Assembly (NCBI GenBank): GCA_050273025.1
Contig: CP158636.1
Location: forward strand, 10,230,001-10,294,000
DNA from: Cenococcum geophilum
Lineage: Eukaryota
DNA length: 64,000 bases
Direction of reading: 5' to 3'
The position numbers and the translations under genes were made by a program. Position 1 is the first letter of the stretch; each line of letters opens with the position of its first letter. This document shows positions 52,482 to 64,000 of this stretch, piece by piece. Under the pieces are notes generated by a model that saw only the letters and a program-made list of their open reading frames with translations, was not told the DNA's origin and did not search any database.

Positions 52482-52729
52482 TGTTGACCTAAATTAGGTT
52501 ATCTTATTACCGACTCAGCTGCCTCCCATTAACTCAGTCATTGACTTAATTATTGACTTAATCATTAACTTAGTCACCTACCCCTTGTTTCCATTGCCAC
52601 CCCCCTACCCCCTTCTCGTTCTCATTTCCTACACCTTTCCTATGTATATATAGAGGCTCTAGAGCCACCATTCAATAGACAGAGTCATCATTCTTTTCTT
52701 ACAATCGGTGCACAGACTTCCGATTAACA
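52482..52729 (+). repeat. 3' LTR of copia element 1
   Basis: TGTTGA...TTAACA, directly after the PPT and followed by the TSD GGTTT. Confidence 0.95.
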
Positions 52730-54196
52730 GGTTTCCACCCGTACGATATTGCCAAATTTCATTGACCTCTCTGCAGAGACAGCATGGGCAAAAAGGGGAA
52801 GAAAGAGAAAGCGTACATTAGGCAAGTTCTAAATTGCTTTAATTCGACTCCCCTGGCCAATCAGGATAATTCCCCAGGGCAACCAGAATAATTCTCCAGG
52901 GCAACCAAAACGGTCCTTCCGTGCAGTCACAGCCGTTCGCTACAATTACTATGTACGGTTGGTGACGATTAAGCGAAATTGGATGCACGTTCATGCCGGG
53001 GAGGGAGTTCGACGTTAGGTTCGTGGAGGGGAAGGACTGGGATGCCGGGAAGTATTTTGGCGAGATTAGAGATCATTTTATTTCGGGCGCGCCGCAACAG
53101 TGGGTTGTTTTTGACAAAAGAGGTGCGTAGTTATTTCCTAGGCGTTGTTGCGCGAGTGCAAAATAAGAGCCGGGCGGATTTGTGGAGCGGTTTTCACACA
53201 ACCAAAAAGATCATTTAGAAGATAATTAGAAGAATTTAAATTTGAAACAAGGCTAGTATATACTTGGATCCCCTCCACAGATTAATGTACAGATAGCTTG
53301 TTCTTTCAGTTCTTATTTTTGCCCTGTGTCCGTCAATGGCCACGAGCTGATCTTAAGTCCTGTATCATGCCCACCACCAGCGATCTATTTGGACTGGCGT
53401 GGCGCGGATCTGAGGTCAAATCCACTCCAATGCTCTAGTCTAGATCCAATGCACCATACCTAAATAGGAATAATAGCTACCTATAACTATAGGCTAGCCC
53501 GCTATTTTGGATCCCATTAGCGCGAGTGTTCGTGCTGGTCCAAATAGATCACTGGTAGGAATACTACAACACCTAAGGAGATCTCTTACGTCCCCACCTC
53601 TTACTCCCTACCCTTCCGGAGGTTTTTGTTCCTAGATTCCATGTCCATGTTTTGAATGTCCTAGAATAAAAGTATACAAAATATACTCGCTGTTAGCGCC
53701 CGAGCAATTTCTGAGCACCGTTTTTGAACTTTTTACCAAGTTCTATTGTTGAATTTCGGAAAGCATGGATTTTTTCGAAATTCAAGTGTCGCTGAATGGG
53801 CAGTACCAAGAGCTTTCTTCTAGTAAGATCCGTGATCTTGGGATCTGGCTTGGTGGTCCTGCCTAGTGAATTTTGGTCGACCCTCAATATTCACCATAAT
53901 GATGATCGCCACCATAACCTCTAATAATGAATACTCGCTACCGCTTCACCTCTATATCAATAAACATCCTATTGTTCAGGCAGGAAATCTCCCCTTGACT
54001 CCCAACCTCACCCTCTTCGTGTTCTCACAGTTTTACTCTCACAATTTCTCTACTCTCAGCCAACGACGTTTCATACGTTTCGATACCTGCTTCTATATTA
54101 TTCGAAGAAACACTGTTCTTTACTGCTACAATAGCAATACTCACTCTTTACTGAGCGGTAACACGCAAGAGTTCGTTTGACACTCAAATTCATCCT

Positions 54197-56374
54197 ATGA
54201 ATGATCCACACCACAAAAATTTCGATCCTGGTATGTATTTTTTCTTGGACAACACGATGGATCCTCGTGCACTAGAGTCTCCTCCATCATCAGCAACTCC
54301 AGATCTGACAACTACCAACCCTCCCTACGCTCATACCGATTCCTCCTACACTCCACCCACGATGCCACTCAATGGCTTCGGTGCGCAAAGCCCAATTCTG
54401 GGGGCTTTCTTTGGCACTTCCCTAGATGCTCCTGCGCTTCCCCCAAGGCATCTTACAACAATGGGGGCTCAATTACCTCAGTTCTCCCCTCAGAGCTACG
54501 AACAGGACTCGCGGCTGGTGTTCTCGAGTTGGGATACAGACTTTGCTCAGTCATTCGATCCACTGATGAACATATATCAAACCGACTCTTCAATTGGCCA
54601 AGAGCTCTTGTTTGGTCAACGATTGCCAGCATTTGAATCAGCAGCATTTGCTCAGCAAAATTTTCAGGCTCAGATCCAGGCGAACTCACCTTCGAGTTTC
54701 ATGTCTATGCAGTGTGGTGGCATTCCCCAGCAAGTCGCCCATGCACTTGGTCACTTGGACAACCCTATTCAGCTGAATCGCAACCAGCAAAAGCATCACG
54801 CAAACAAGGATCGTGTGAGGAAGCAAAAGCGTACGAATAATACTGTTACCGTCAAGAATTCTCCAATCTTTCGGCAGCTTCAAGCTGCTCACGGCGGTTT
54901 CGCTCACCAGAACAGTGCTCGACTAGATATTGATGCGCACGCGGAAGGTACTCCTTTCAGTCAATCGAACATCAGCCAATCCTACTCTCACCCACCAAGC
55001 GGTAGTCCAAATCTGGAGACTCTCGGCCGTGTTGAAGAGCCCATTGCTCAGTTCACACGCGCTCGTCAGTCACTTGGACCAGCTACCTTAGCCCCTAAAC
55101 CTCTCTCACTGGACACTGCAATTGAGGAAGTCAGTCTCAATCGAAACCCTACCAACGCTGTAGCAATTGCTCCCCCACGCCGCGGTCATCCACGCAACCC
55201 ATCCCCACCTGTCGCGACTCTCATTGAACAAACATCCCAAAACGCAATCGCTGCCACCGTCGAAGGCGTCGATAAAGCAACTGGTCAAATCGCATATGTG
55301 AGCACCTACGAGATGCAATTTAGCGGCTTCAGTGACGCCAAAATTCACTACAACCAAGCACGCTGGCGACCAGCCTACCCCGACGCTACTGTCCCGACGG
55401 AGAATAGCGACATTACAGCGCTGGCGCGCCGCGTCATGCTCGCCATGAACAACATCAAAGGCGCGAAGGATCACGGCTCTTCTGCCTACAAACACTGGCT
55501 GCGTGACATGTACCCAACCCGTGACACCGAGGCCGTCGCATTCGAGATCGTGCACGAGGCTTATCGCCTCCACACGCTCGGCTCGACTCTGCGCGTCTAC
55601 AGCTTCAAGAAGATGCTGCCGGAAGACATCGTGGGCAAGACCGAAGAGGAAATCGATGAGTCGGTGCGCTCCAAGTTCGCCGATGAGGGCTTGAACTTCG
55701 AAGAGCGCATGAATGCAGTCGTCGACCATCTCATGCATTGGAAGTCGACATGCGACTATGCGATGACGGGCGAGAAGATTTCGTGGCTCGTTAATGCCCC
55801 GCTGAAGTACGACCACAAGGTCGCGACGAACCAGCGCGGGAACCGTAGCCGCGCACTCAGGAACCGCGCTCAAAACCCTCCTCCAGGCACTCCGCTCACT
55901 GGTGCCGATGATGGAGCCACCCCACTGGTTATTGAGAAGCGCAAGAGGGGCACGAAGCGCAAGAAGGCAGCCAATGGTGATGGCCTCTCCACTCCTGTTA
56001 CCAAGGCCACTCCATCCTGTGGTCCTAAGAGGCAGAAGCGCAAGGCTCGCACTCATGTCCTCGCTTCCGTCGAGACCCTATCCTTAGATGCTGAGACGAC
56101 CACGCCATCCACTCGTCAGCTCAGAGACCGCAGCATGCTTAGCACGAAGCCGAAGTACGCTGACGAGAGCTCTGATAACGACGAAGAAAAGCCTCGTGAA
56201 GCACTCCTTCGCGAGTTGAACGGTGACCAAAACGCATTCACTAACCGCACCAAGAGCAACAAGGCCTATGATGAAGATAGTGATGCTTCTCGTTTCAAAC
56301 CCGACGATACTGGTGAGGATGAAGATGACGATGAGTTCTCCGAGGCTCCTCGGAGCAAGAAGCAGCGCCGCTAG
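54197..56374 (+). CDS. Intronless 725-aa hypothetical protein; paralogue of 44607..46850, NLS-like basic C-terminal motifs
   Basis: Long intact ORF. Shared domain at ~55337-55861. KRKRGTKRKK, KRQKRK and terminal RSKKQRR motifs; acidic tail. Confidence 0.87.
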   Translation: MNDPHHKNFDPGMYFFLDNTMDPRALESPPSSATPDLTTTNPPYAHTDSSYTPPTMPLNGFGAQSPILGAFFGTSLDAPALPPRHLTTMGAQLPQFSPQSYEQDSRLVFSSWDTDFAQSFDPLMNIYQTDSSIGQELLFGQRLPAFESAAFAQQNFQAQIQANSPSSFMSMQCGGIPQQVAHALGHLDNPIQLNRNQQKHHANKDRVRKQKRTNNTVTVKNSPIFRQLQAAHGGFAHQNSARLDIDAHAEGTPFSQSNISQSYSHPPSGSPNLETLGRVEEPIAQFTRARQSLGPATLAPKPLSLDTAIEEVSLNRNPTNAVAIAPPRRGHPRNPSPPVATLIEQTSQNAIAATVEGVDKATGQIAYVSTYEMQFSGFSDAKIHYNQARWRPAYPDATVPTENSDITALARRVMLAMNNIKGAKDHGSSAYKHWLRDMYPTRDTEAVAFEIVHEAYRLHTLGSTLRVYSFKKMLPEDIVGKTEEEIDESVRSKFADEGLNFEERMNAVVDHLMHWKSTCDYAMTGEKISWLVNAPLKYDHKVATNQRGNRSRALRNRAQNPPPGTPLTGADDGATPLVIEKRKRGTKRKKAANGDGLSTPVTKATPSCGPKRQKRKARTHVLASVETLSLDAETTTPSTRQLRDRSMLSTKPKYADESSDNDEEKPREALLRELNGDQNAFTNRTKSNKAYDEDSDASRFKPDDTGEDEDDDEFSEAPRSKKQRR

Positions 56375-57154
56375 AGCGCTTTGGGCCATTATTATACTAA
56401 TTTTGGCGTTCTAGGTGGTACTATGAGTCGATAATTGGTGTAATTTGGTATTGGTAGGTATGTCTGGCTCTGGTTTGGTCAACTTGGCGGAATGTTGACA
56501 TTTTCTGTTTTCTGGCATTTTGATTTATCCGCTACTGAAGCTGAGCTTCCTAATTTCGTCTTAATACTCTGAATTTATTCATTTTCCTTACGAACTGCCA
56601 GATAGGTAGCAGTCCGGCCTCCTGCGCCGTACCCTGTGAGGTTTTGGGTAGAAATGTAGAACGGACCAACGCACAGCACCCACTCTCTTAACGTACTGCG
56701 AGAAACAGCTCTCGTCCCGCTATCTTCCGTTCTGAGCACCGTCACGAACATTACCTAGATAAATATTAATTATTAGCGACTCAAACGAATAGATGGTCTT
56801 GCTCGGATAGAAACTGCTTCAAACGTGTGAATTGGCGCAACATGAGACTGAAGCCAAAAGAAATCAATTCCTTGAATGAAATACTGCTGTACAACGTAAG
56901 GGCACCGGCATTGGGACAGAAAAAACTATGATGACAGCCAACTTGAAAACCTGTTGTAAAGAGAAGAGAAAATCGGCTAGCCAGAAGTCTATAAAGAAAG
57001 AGGCGGCACCGTAACCTTAACGAGAGTAAAAAATCGAAAGTTCTCTTAACTATATCTTCTAGGCTCATGCACCCATCACAAAAGCCCCCCATTACAATCC
57101 ACTGCATCTAAACTATTCGTCCGTCCACCGCATCCACTTCTTCTCCAACCGAAT

Positions 57155-58512
57155 CTAGAAATTCGCATCCAAGAACTTCGTAATCTCACCGTAAAACCCA
57201 GTAGCATTGAGGCCAAAGTTAACATTATGGCCCGCACCTGGATGCACATAAAGATCGAGCTTCCTCGCCCCCTTAAACATCTCCTGCGCCCCACCCCCAC
57301 TAAACGTGCTCTCGCACTCGCCCCCGCAAACAACAAAATCATACTGCCCCGCCGTGGCCATCGCGGCGCCCTTGAGGGTGCTCGAGTTCCGGTCGAGCGT
57401 CTGCAGCAACAGGAACTCCATCGCGGCGAAGGGTTGCGCGATGCTCTGCGCGTACTCGGAGGCCGGAACCCCGTAGTCGGGCTGCTTAAAGAATGTGTTG
57501 ACGTGCGCGTATATGTCGCCGAAGTTGAGGTAGCCGGTGTCGCGGTCGTGCCATTGGGCGGATTGCTGGTTGGCGATGCGTGAGGCTGAGGCTTCGAGGA
57601 ACCATTTGAAGGACAGGGGCGCGAGGTCCGTGGCGTTGGGGTAGGCGATGCCGGTCAGGACGACTCCTGCGGCTGTTGGTTAGTACATTTCCCGATATTC
57701 TAGGGAAGGGAGAAGATGGTGGTTGAAGCGTACCTTCAACGATGTCTGGTTGAGAGGCAATGAGTGCCTGGGAGGTGTAGGAACCGAACGAATGGCCAAC
57801 CAGCACGGTTGATTTGGGTTTGCCCAGGTTGCCGGTGTATTTTCCAGCTCGAATAGCCTTGGCGAGTTCGCCCATTACGGCGACCTGGTTTGCACTTTGA
57901 TTGACATAGCCGGAGAGCCTATCAATTTACATGTTAATGCAAGAAAAGTGGGTAGATGGGTTGCGGTATCCCACTTCTCAGATTGACCAGTGCCGAGTCT
58001 GTCATAGAAGAAGACGGGATAGCCTTTGTCGAGAGCGTAGTCAGCAAAGCTGTAGTCTTCTGGCTTGTAGGATGAGGCCCAATAACTTGTGTGAATTAGC
58101 AGCGTTCCTGATTCGTGCGCACAAAGTGATGCTTACCGCCTGTCATACCCAAGTCCATGGGTAGCCAGCAACACAGTCTTCTCCTTTCCGCCCTTTGTCT
58201 TCCTTGGAGTGCAAAATGTAGCCGCAACCTCATAAGTGTCCGTGACATTCTTCACGCCGCTAAGTGGGTGGAACACTTCCGCAGAATCTTTGCGCGCAAT
58301 TTCCGTTAGGAACTCAACCACGTCGTAATTGTCCTCGAATTTGGGGATCCCCAGATGTAACCGGTAGATGTCGCGGTAACTTTTATAGAGTAGTCAGTGC
58401 AGACTCCATTGGGAGGATGGCGATATCCATCATTGTAGGAGACTGGGTTTGCTTTTGCATGTTTGGCGAGGGAGATTGCCGCGAGAAAGGTGACGGCAAG
58501 GAGGCCTGCCAT
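57155..58512 (-). pseudogene. Secreted alpha/beta-hydrolase with one apparent frameshift
   Basis: Signal-peptide-like start, LATHGLGYD, FFYDRLGTGQS, nucleophile VGHSFGS, GQYD and HPGAGH catalytic motifs, three GT-AG introns. A 1-nt deficit at ~58349-58352 separates GYIWG from IPKFEDNYD. Confidence 0.8.
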
Positions 58513-59139
58513 TGTTGCAAGTTGCGGTTCGGTTGGAGAACTTCGCCTCCAATGACTAATTCAGCTGCGTTCGAGAGTTAAGATTTCTCTATCCTAATGG
58601 TGATAGATGAAGTGAAGAGGAACTGATAGTCGTTGTAGCTATATGATTGTGGTTGTTAAGGTGTGGGATTACCTTTTTTCGATCCCGCAGATGCAGTCCG
58701 TTATATATCAAAGTCCCTAGACATTCCTTTGATGCTCGACCGAATGTCAATGGTTCAGTACCTGAAAGTAAACCGATTATGAGGCTCATCGTGACAATTT
58801 ATTTGGGAAGAGAATCCTCCTGGCCGAGGTATTGGTTATTTCATAAATCAGACCCCAGTGGGCACGTGCGGGCATGCTTAATGTAACAGCCACCCGAGCG
58901 GCCTCAGCCGCTTCTCCGAGGAATTTGTGGCGTTGCATGGCACCACTCCGAAGCCACAGCCCCACTCTGCAAACTCGTGCAAACTCTTGAGCTAATTAGC
59001 GGCTCAGACTAATTCCTGCGAACTCCTAAGCCAATAGAACCTCGCGCTACCCCTAGCCCCCCTATACCCCCCTAAATTCCTCTATAAAGCGTCTAAGAGA
59101 TTATAGGCGCGTATTTAGTGTAACTTATATACTATCTCT

Positions 59140-59255
59140 AACGCGTATTAAATTTAAATAGCTATACTACGGCCAATTTAGCAGCTAAACCTACTAGCGG
59201 CGTCCGACTGTACTCGTCCTTTGACTCGACGTCGACCTTACCCGTCTTAAGCAGC
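59140..59255 (-). pseudogene. C-terminal ankyrin-repeat fragment truncated by an LTR insertion
   Basis: Minus strand reads QLL(K/E)TGKVDVESKDEYSRTPL...AA...AVV.LF, starting right at the LTR edge. Confidence 0.6.
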
Positions 59256-62174
59256 TGTCGGACGGACAAGTCACTCATAAGAACTCTGTCGATTGAAGCT
59301 GGCTCTAGAAGCTCTCTATATACATGAGGTAGGGGCAAAGGACTGACAACGACACTAACGACGATTTAGAACTATTACTCAATCGCCACCAGGTCGACAT
59401 TGCCACTCAGTCGGTAATAGGTAATGAATAGGTAATAGAAAATAGATAGTAAGACATACGATGGCAAGAAACAGGGTGTAAGTCATAAGGTGGTACTTAA
59501 CAGTGACCTCAATGTTTGATACACCCCCCTAGCTGCTCAGTCTTGACTGAGCAGCTAAATAGAAAATAGAAAAAGTCACGATATCAATTTGGTGTTGAAT
59601 TAAAGAAATCCTCCCTAGAGTTACCTTGTCTAAATATTATCTAAATTAAATTAAATTATATCCTTAATGTTAACGAGATTTAATATTAAACGAACCCCTC
59701 GTGTTTCTAACGCGGTAGGGCCTTTGTTAAGCCGTCTGCAACTATAGCAGCGGTAGGTATCTAATTAATTCTAATTTAACTATCGCGTACTTCTTAGCGT
59801 AGCTAGTGGTGGTATATATTAACGTGTTAAAGCTTTATAAAGAGCTCTTATCCGTTCTTTATAAGCAGTCTAATTATCTATAGATTATTATAGCTAATCG
59901 TTTATTCCTTATCCAAGGATAATTTAATTTCCTTAAAGAAGCGACTCTACTAAATTAACTTAGTTCCTGCATGGGATAGAGCCGTAAGCTCTACCTTTAT
60001 GCTTAACTTTATTACTAGCGTCTGCTTTATAGAGCGCTAATTAATTACTCCTCCGAATAGGGTGAACAAATATCCTTCCGTACTACGTCTGCTTATTAAA
60101 TTATCTCTAAACGCCGCGTTACTTGCCCCTATAAAGGCTTAACTCCCTATATTCTAACCCGAGTATTTAACCGTAAGTGTCCTCGTCTAATAAAGGTAGG
60201 TAATTGCTTAATAGGCCGCGGCGTTGTGTAGAGGTAAGGGGTTTTATAGAAACTCTAATAGCTTACTTAAAGCTTTAGCTATATTAGGTCTTATAATATA
60301 GGTTATATAAAGTAGTAATCCGACTATCCTTTAGTAGACGTAGATCTCCTACTTTAACGCTTTCTCTAGGTTAGGTAGGAGCTTATTAGTGCTTATAGGT
60401 ATACTAACTAAGCGCATATTAGTTAGGTAAAATATATTAGCAATCTTCTTAATATAGAAGTCTTAATAGAGCTATAGCTTTCTTTAGCTTCTGTCTCTTA
60501 AGACTTAAATTCCTAAAAACTAGAATAGTTTACTTAGGTCCTTTATCTTATACTTCTTTATAAGTGCTTCCTTAAAGCTCTAAAGCTCTAATTAATTTTC
60601 TCTAGTAGAGGCGACGTAGATATTGTCTATATAGAAGAATATAATTAGTAAGTTATTATAGTAAAGATACGGCTCTCTACTAACGGGCTTTAACCCTAAT
60701 TTAATGAGTTAATTGCTAAAGTTGTTATACTAAAGACGTAGCGATTATTAAAGCCTATAGAGAGCTCTGTGTAGTAGTAGATATTTACCCTTAATAGTAA
60801 ATCCATTTAGACACTTAATGTAGACTATCTTGTCGATTAGGCTGTTCGCAAACGCGTTAACAGCGTTACCTTGCCAAATATCTAAATTAAATACTGCGAT
60901 AATTGCTATAAAAGCTCTAAAGACTCTAGCTGCTAGAGTTGCTACATAGGTGTCCTTATAGATTAACTTTTATAGGTTACCTCTAACATAAAGTTAGGCT
61001 TTAAATTTTATTAGGTATTCGTCCATATCTATTTTATAGGTAAATACATAGGTAATAGGTATAGTTTTAATTAATAGTATCTTATCTACGGCTTTAAACG
61101 TTCTACGATTGTCTAGGTCTGTATACTCCTTTATAGCAGCTACTAGGAACTCTGCTTTATACTAGTGAGTTAGCAGCTCCTTTTAATTCTTAGGTAGAAG
61201 TAGAAGCTTATTATAATATATTTTCCTTTAATATTTAAGCCCTGCATAAAAGGCTGCTTAAAATAGTTAGAAGGTGTCTACCTCTTTAAGGTAAGTTAAA
61301 TAGGCTTTATTTCGCTTTATTAGCTTCTTTAATCTTCTTCCTTATATAATATTATCCTTAGAGACCTTAGCTAAGTCCTTTTTCCTTAACTCCTCTAGGT
61401 TAATTTTAATATATTTAAAACTAGGGCGTTAATAGGTTAATAGAGCGGAGGACCTAAAGGTGATTAAGGATTCTATATTAGTGGAAATTAATTAAGGCTC
61501 TAGTATTAATTCTAGTGTAAAAAGGCTAGGTAGAGAATCGGTCTTAAAGGTGTCTACTATAATTGCGTTATTACCTTAAGTATCTAGCTCCTTACGGTCC
61601 TAATTTCCACGAGAATCTACACGTCAATTTTCGTTATTTTTAACTTAAATTTTATCTAGAATCTTATTGTCCTTACTTATATTATCTACTAGGTCTTCCT
61701 AGAGCGTCCTATTAGGGTTAATTACGTTAATTACTTTCAGTATTTAATTAGCTTTCTCCTAAAGTAAATTTACTAGATTTAGCTAGCTATTATTATAGAC
61801 AAGTTATTTATTAAATATAACGTCTCTTATACGAATTACCTTCCCTTTACTTAGTATATATATTTAAAAGATATTTATTAAATTATACCCTACTAAATAC
61901 CTAATATAGGCTCTAGGAGCAAGCTTTTAGGTATAAGGAATATATATTTAAGTAGGTATACTCTATAGCCGTAGGCACGTAAGTGAGCTATATTTAGCTT
62001 AGTTAGTAAGAGACTTATTACTAACTAAAGCTTTTTAAAGGGGGTCTTCTAGTTAAGCCGTCGGCTTAGTGTTCTATTTATTACATATATTACTGCTTTA
62101 AAGACCTTAGGCTAGAGTTCTTTAGGTAGTTATACTTTAATTTATATATATTAAGACTTTATTATAATTACCCC
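59256..62174 (-). mobile_element. Second Ty1/copia element (3' LTR, RNase H, RT, integrase C-terminal part), RIPped, interrupted at 62175
   Basis: LTR ~59256-59521 with a G-rich PPT next to it. Minus-strand copia RT/RNase H motifs (ADGLTKALP, RRSTEGYLFTLFGG, FFYVDDI, KFKARL) parallel element 1. It breaks at GGVII.KS in the integrase. Confidence 0.9.
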
Positions 62175-64000
62175 TGTCGGGAATAGGGCAAGCGGTCGTC
62201 ACGTGTCGCCGCGGTACTAGCGTGGTGAGGAACCTTAAGTTCCTTACCTACCCCCTGATTCTGAACAACAAGCTTTATAACCAACATTTACTATGTCTAC
62301 TTGAGTAGCATTGGTGAGTTACCCTATGACACCAACACTGATTAGTGGTTAAACATATAGTCAACTACAAAATAGCAAGGTTCTTAACAGAAGAGATAGT
62401 CTCGTGTAGGGGTGCTATATGCGCTTATATAGAATGGATCCCAGCGATACTGTGCTACTTTAGACTTGCGGAAAACTAGTAACAGAAGTATTACTAAGTA
62501 CTAAGAGATACTAAGTTGCGTCTATTACGCAGAACAACCACATTTACGAAGATTTGGTTAAGTACTTTAGGTCAGAAGTGTCACTAAACCTAAGGTCCTA
62601 AGTTAACGTCCGAAACGCGTCAAAAACAACACTTTTAACACTCTGCCACGTTCCTAGCGGCCCTGCTACATCAAAATTACGTTAATAACGCGCTCTCTGG
62701 CCCTTATACTTTATCAGCATCTAAGGCAGTTACTAGCGCGCCCTTACCTTATAATAATTTTAGCTCTGCCAGACTATTAAAGTTCTACTAGCACGCTATC
62801 CCTATATTCTTAACACTCTCTACACGTCGAATAACTGTTATTATAGCGTTAACCTATCTAAAGAAGTATAAGAAAGATATTAACCCAGAGATATAGGACA
62901 GACCTATAACCGACTTTATAACCGCTAAGTAAAAGGAGCTAAATAGATTCTTATTATACCGCATGGCATACTATAAAGACAGCAAATATAATAACACTAT
63001 ACTATGGTATTATATAAAGAAGGACTTTATTAGATGGATAAAGGAAATATAGGTTCCTATATATAAGGATCTTATATAGGACTTCCGTAACTTCCTTCGG
63101 AAGTATAAAGTATTTATCCCTATAGACGGGGGAGGTATTAGAGATATATTTAGGAGCATATTATTAAAGTAAAAGAAGAACATAAATGGACTCTATAAGA
63201 GATTAAGCACTAACTACGCACTATAAAGAAGCTTAACTTATAATGGAATCCAAGCAATACGCCACTAAAGACGTACTCTAGTTCTATTACTCTAGAACCC
63301 CCTACTTCGCGACTTAATAACCTTCAAACTCTCCCACAGTAAGATTAAGTACCATACTCTATTCCATCGAGCTCTACGTCCCCACTACAGCCTATAATAC
63401 AATTCCTACCTCCTTAATCTTAAATGCAATCTCAACCTGACCTAGCACCACTTAGAGGCATCTTAAAGTTGCTTACGGATCTTACGAAGCTCTATTTAGA
63501 CTAAGAAAAGAAGTTTAGCAGGGAGCTATATAATATCCTTAATTTAAAGCTACGTATCTTTTACGACTATTATTAGAAGGTAGGACTAGAACTTAACTAA
63601 TATTATAACGCCTATTCCGTTATACTTAAAGGCCGCGCCAGTACCTTCTACTATAATCGTTTAGTAGGAAAAGGGTATAATTTTAACCGTATAATATATA
63701 AGTTAAGATGCCACTTTAAAATAGAAGAGAATAAGTAACAGTATATATCGGAATAGAGAGAGACTACCTTCTTAAGGATTATCGCTATAAACCTAGGTGT
63801 TTCTTGACTTAATTATCTTTAAAAGCTCTTTAATTAACTTTAGATAATTTAGCGTGGTTTATCTAAATTATATTAAAAGGACTTTAGCCTATATAATTAA
63901 GTTATTAGCGTATGCTAAGGTGTTAAAGAATACAACCTTGCTCTCTTTAATCCTGTAAATACTTATAAAGGAGTATATGCTTAATTAAGATCCTCTATCG
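62175..64000 (+). mobile_element. Third LTR retrotransposon (copia-type gag), nested in element 2 and running off the window
   Basis: Abrupt TGTCGG start with a GC-richer LTR-like segment (possible end GACA at ~62331). De-RIP gag motifs LW...KKDF.GW and KLY....KKF.GELYDILD.KL.IFYD.C.K.G...AYSVMLKGRA..FYY. Confidence 0.75.

Larger units (their letters stand above)
47371..52729 (+). mobile_element. Full-length Ty1/copia LTR retrotransposon, RIP-inactivated
   Basis: 248-bp TG..CA LTRs, 5-bp TSD GGTTT (47366-47370 and 52730-52734), GTTATAAGCCC after the 5' LTR, and a G-rich PPT at 52473-52481. De-RIP motifs in copia order: LWHKRLGH/CETC (integrase), KFKARL, ALYGLRRSP, FYVDD (RT), then SSTEAEL, KLRHIDI, ADGLTK (RNase H). 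Confidence 0.96.

Noticed and set aside
55106..56056. 316-aa antisense ORF
   Set aside because: It overlaps the GC-rich conserved domain of 54197..56374 and has no recognisable motifs.

Overview
Filamentous ascomycete (probably Dothideomycete) genomic DNA with strong Repeat-Induced Point mutation (RIP) signatures, in three parts. (1) Bases 1 to ~34190 are AT-rich, TpA-rich and have no real intact ORFs. Reading through the RIP damage (TAA/TAG read as CAA/CAG/TGG) reveals one end of a dead Starship giant transposon on the minus strand. It has a TTAC-bounded terminus at ~34190, a DUF3435 tyrosine-recombinase 'captain' (~33639-31170), unrecognised cargo, an F-box/ankyrin gene, a GT32 glycosyltransferase, a patatin-like phospholipase and a DUF3723 gene that runs off the left edge. 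(2) Bases ~34200-59000 are a mostly unRIPped gene island. It holds a 7-exon importin-11/Kap120 gene, a broken ankyrin gene, a 712-bp MITE and a frameshifted secreted alpha/beta-hydrolase. It also holds two intronless ~730-aa paralogues that share an unnamed ~165-aa domain and are separated by a full-length RIPped copia element. (3) Bases ~59000-64000 are a nested stack: an ankyrin fragment, a second copia, and a third LTR element inserted into it. Pseudogene coordinates in RIPped DNA are approximate, and family calls come from motif recognition by eye, not database searches.
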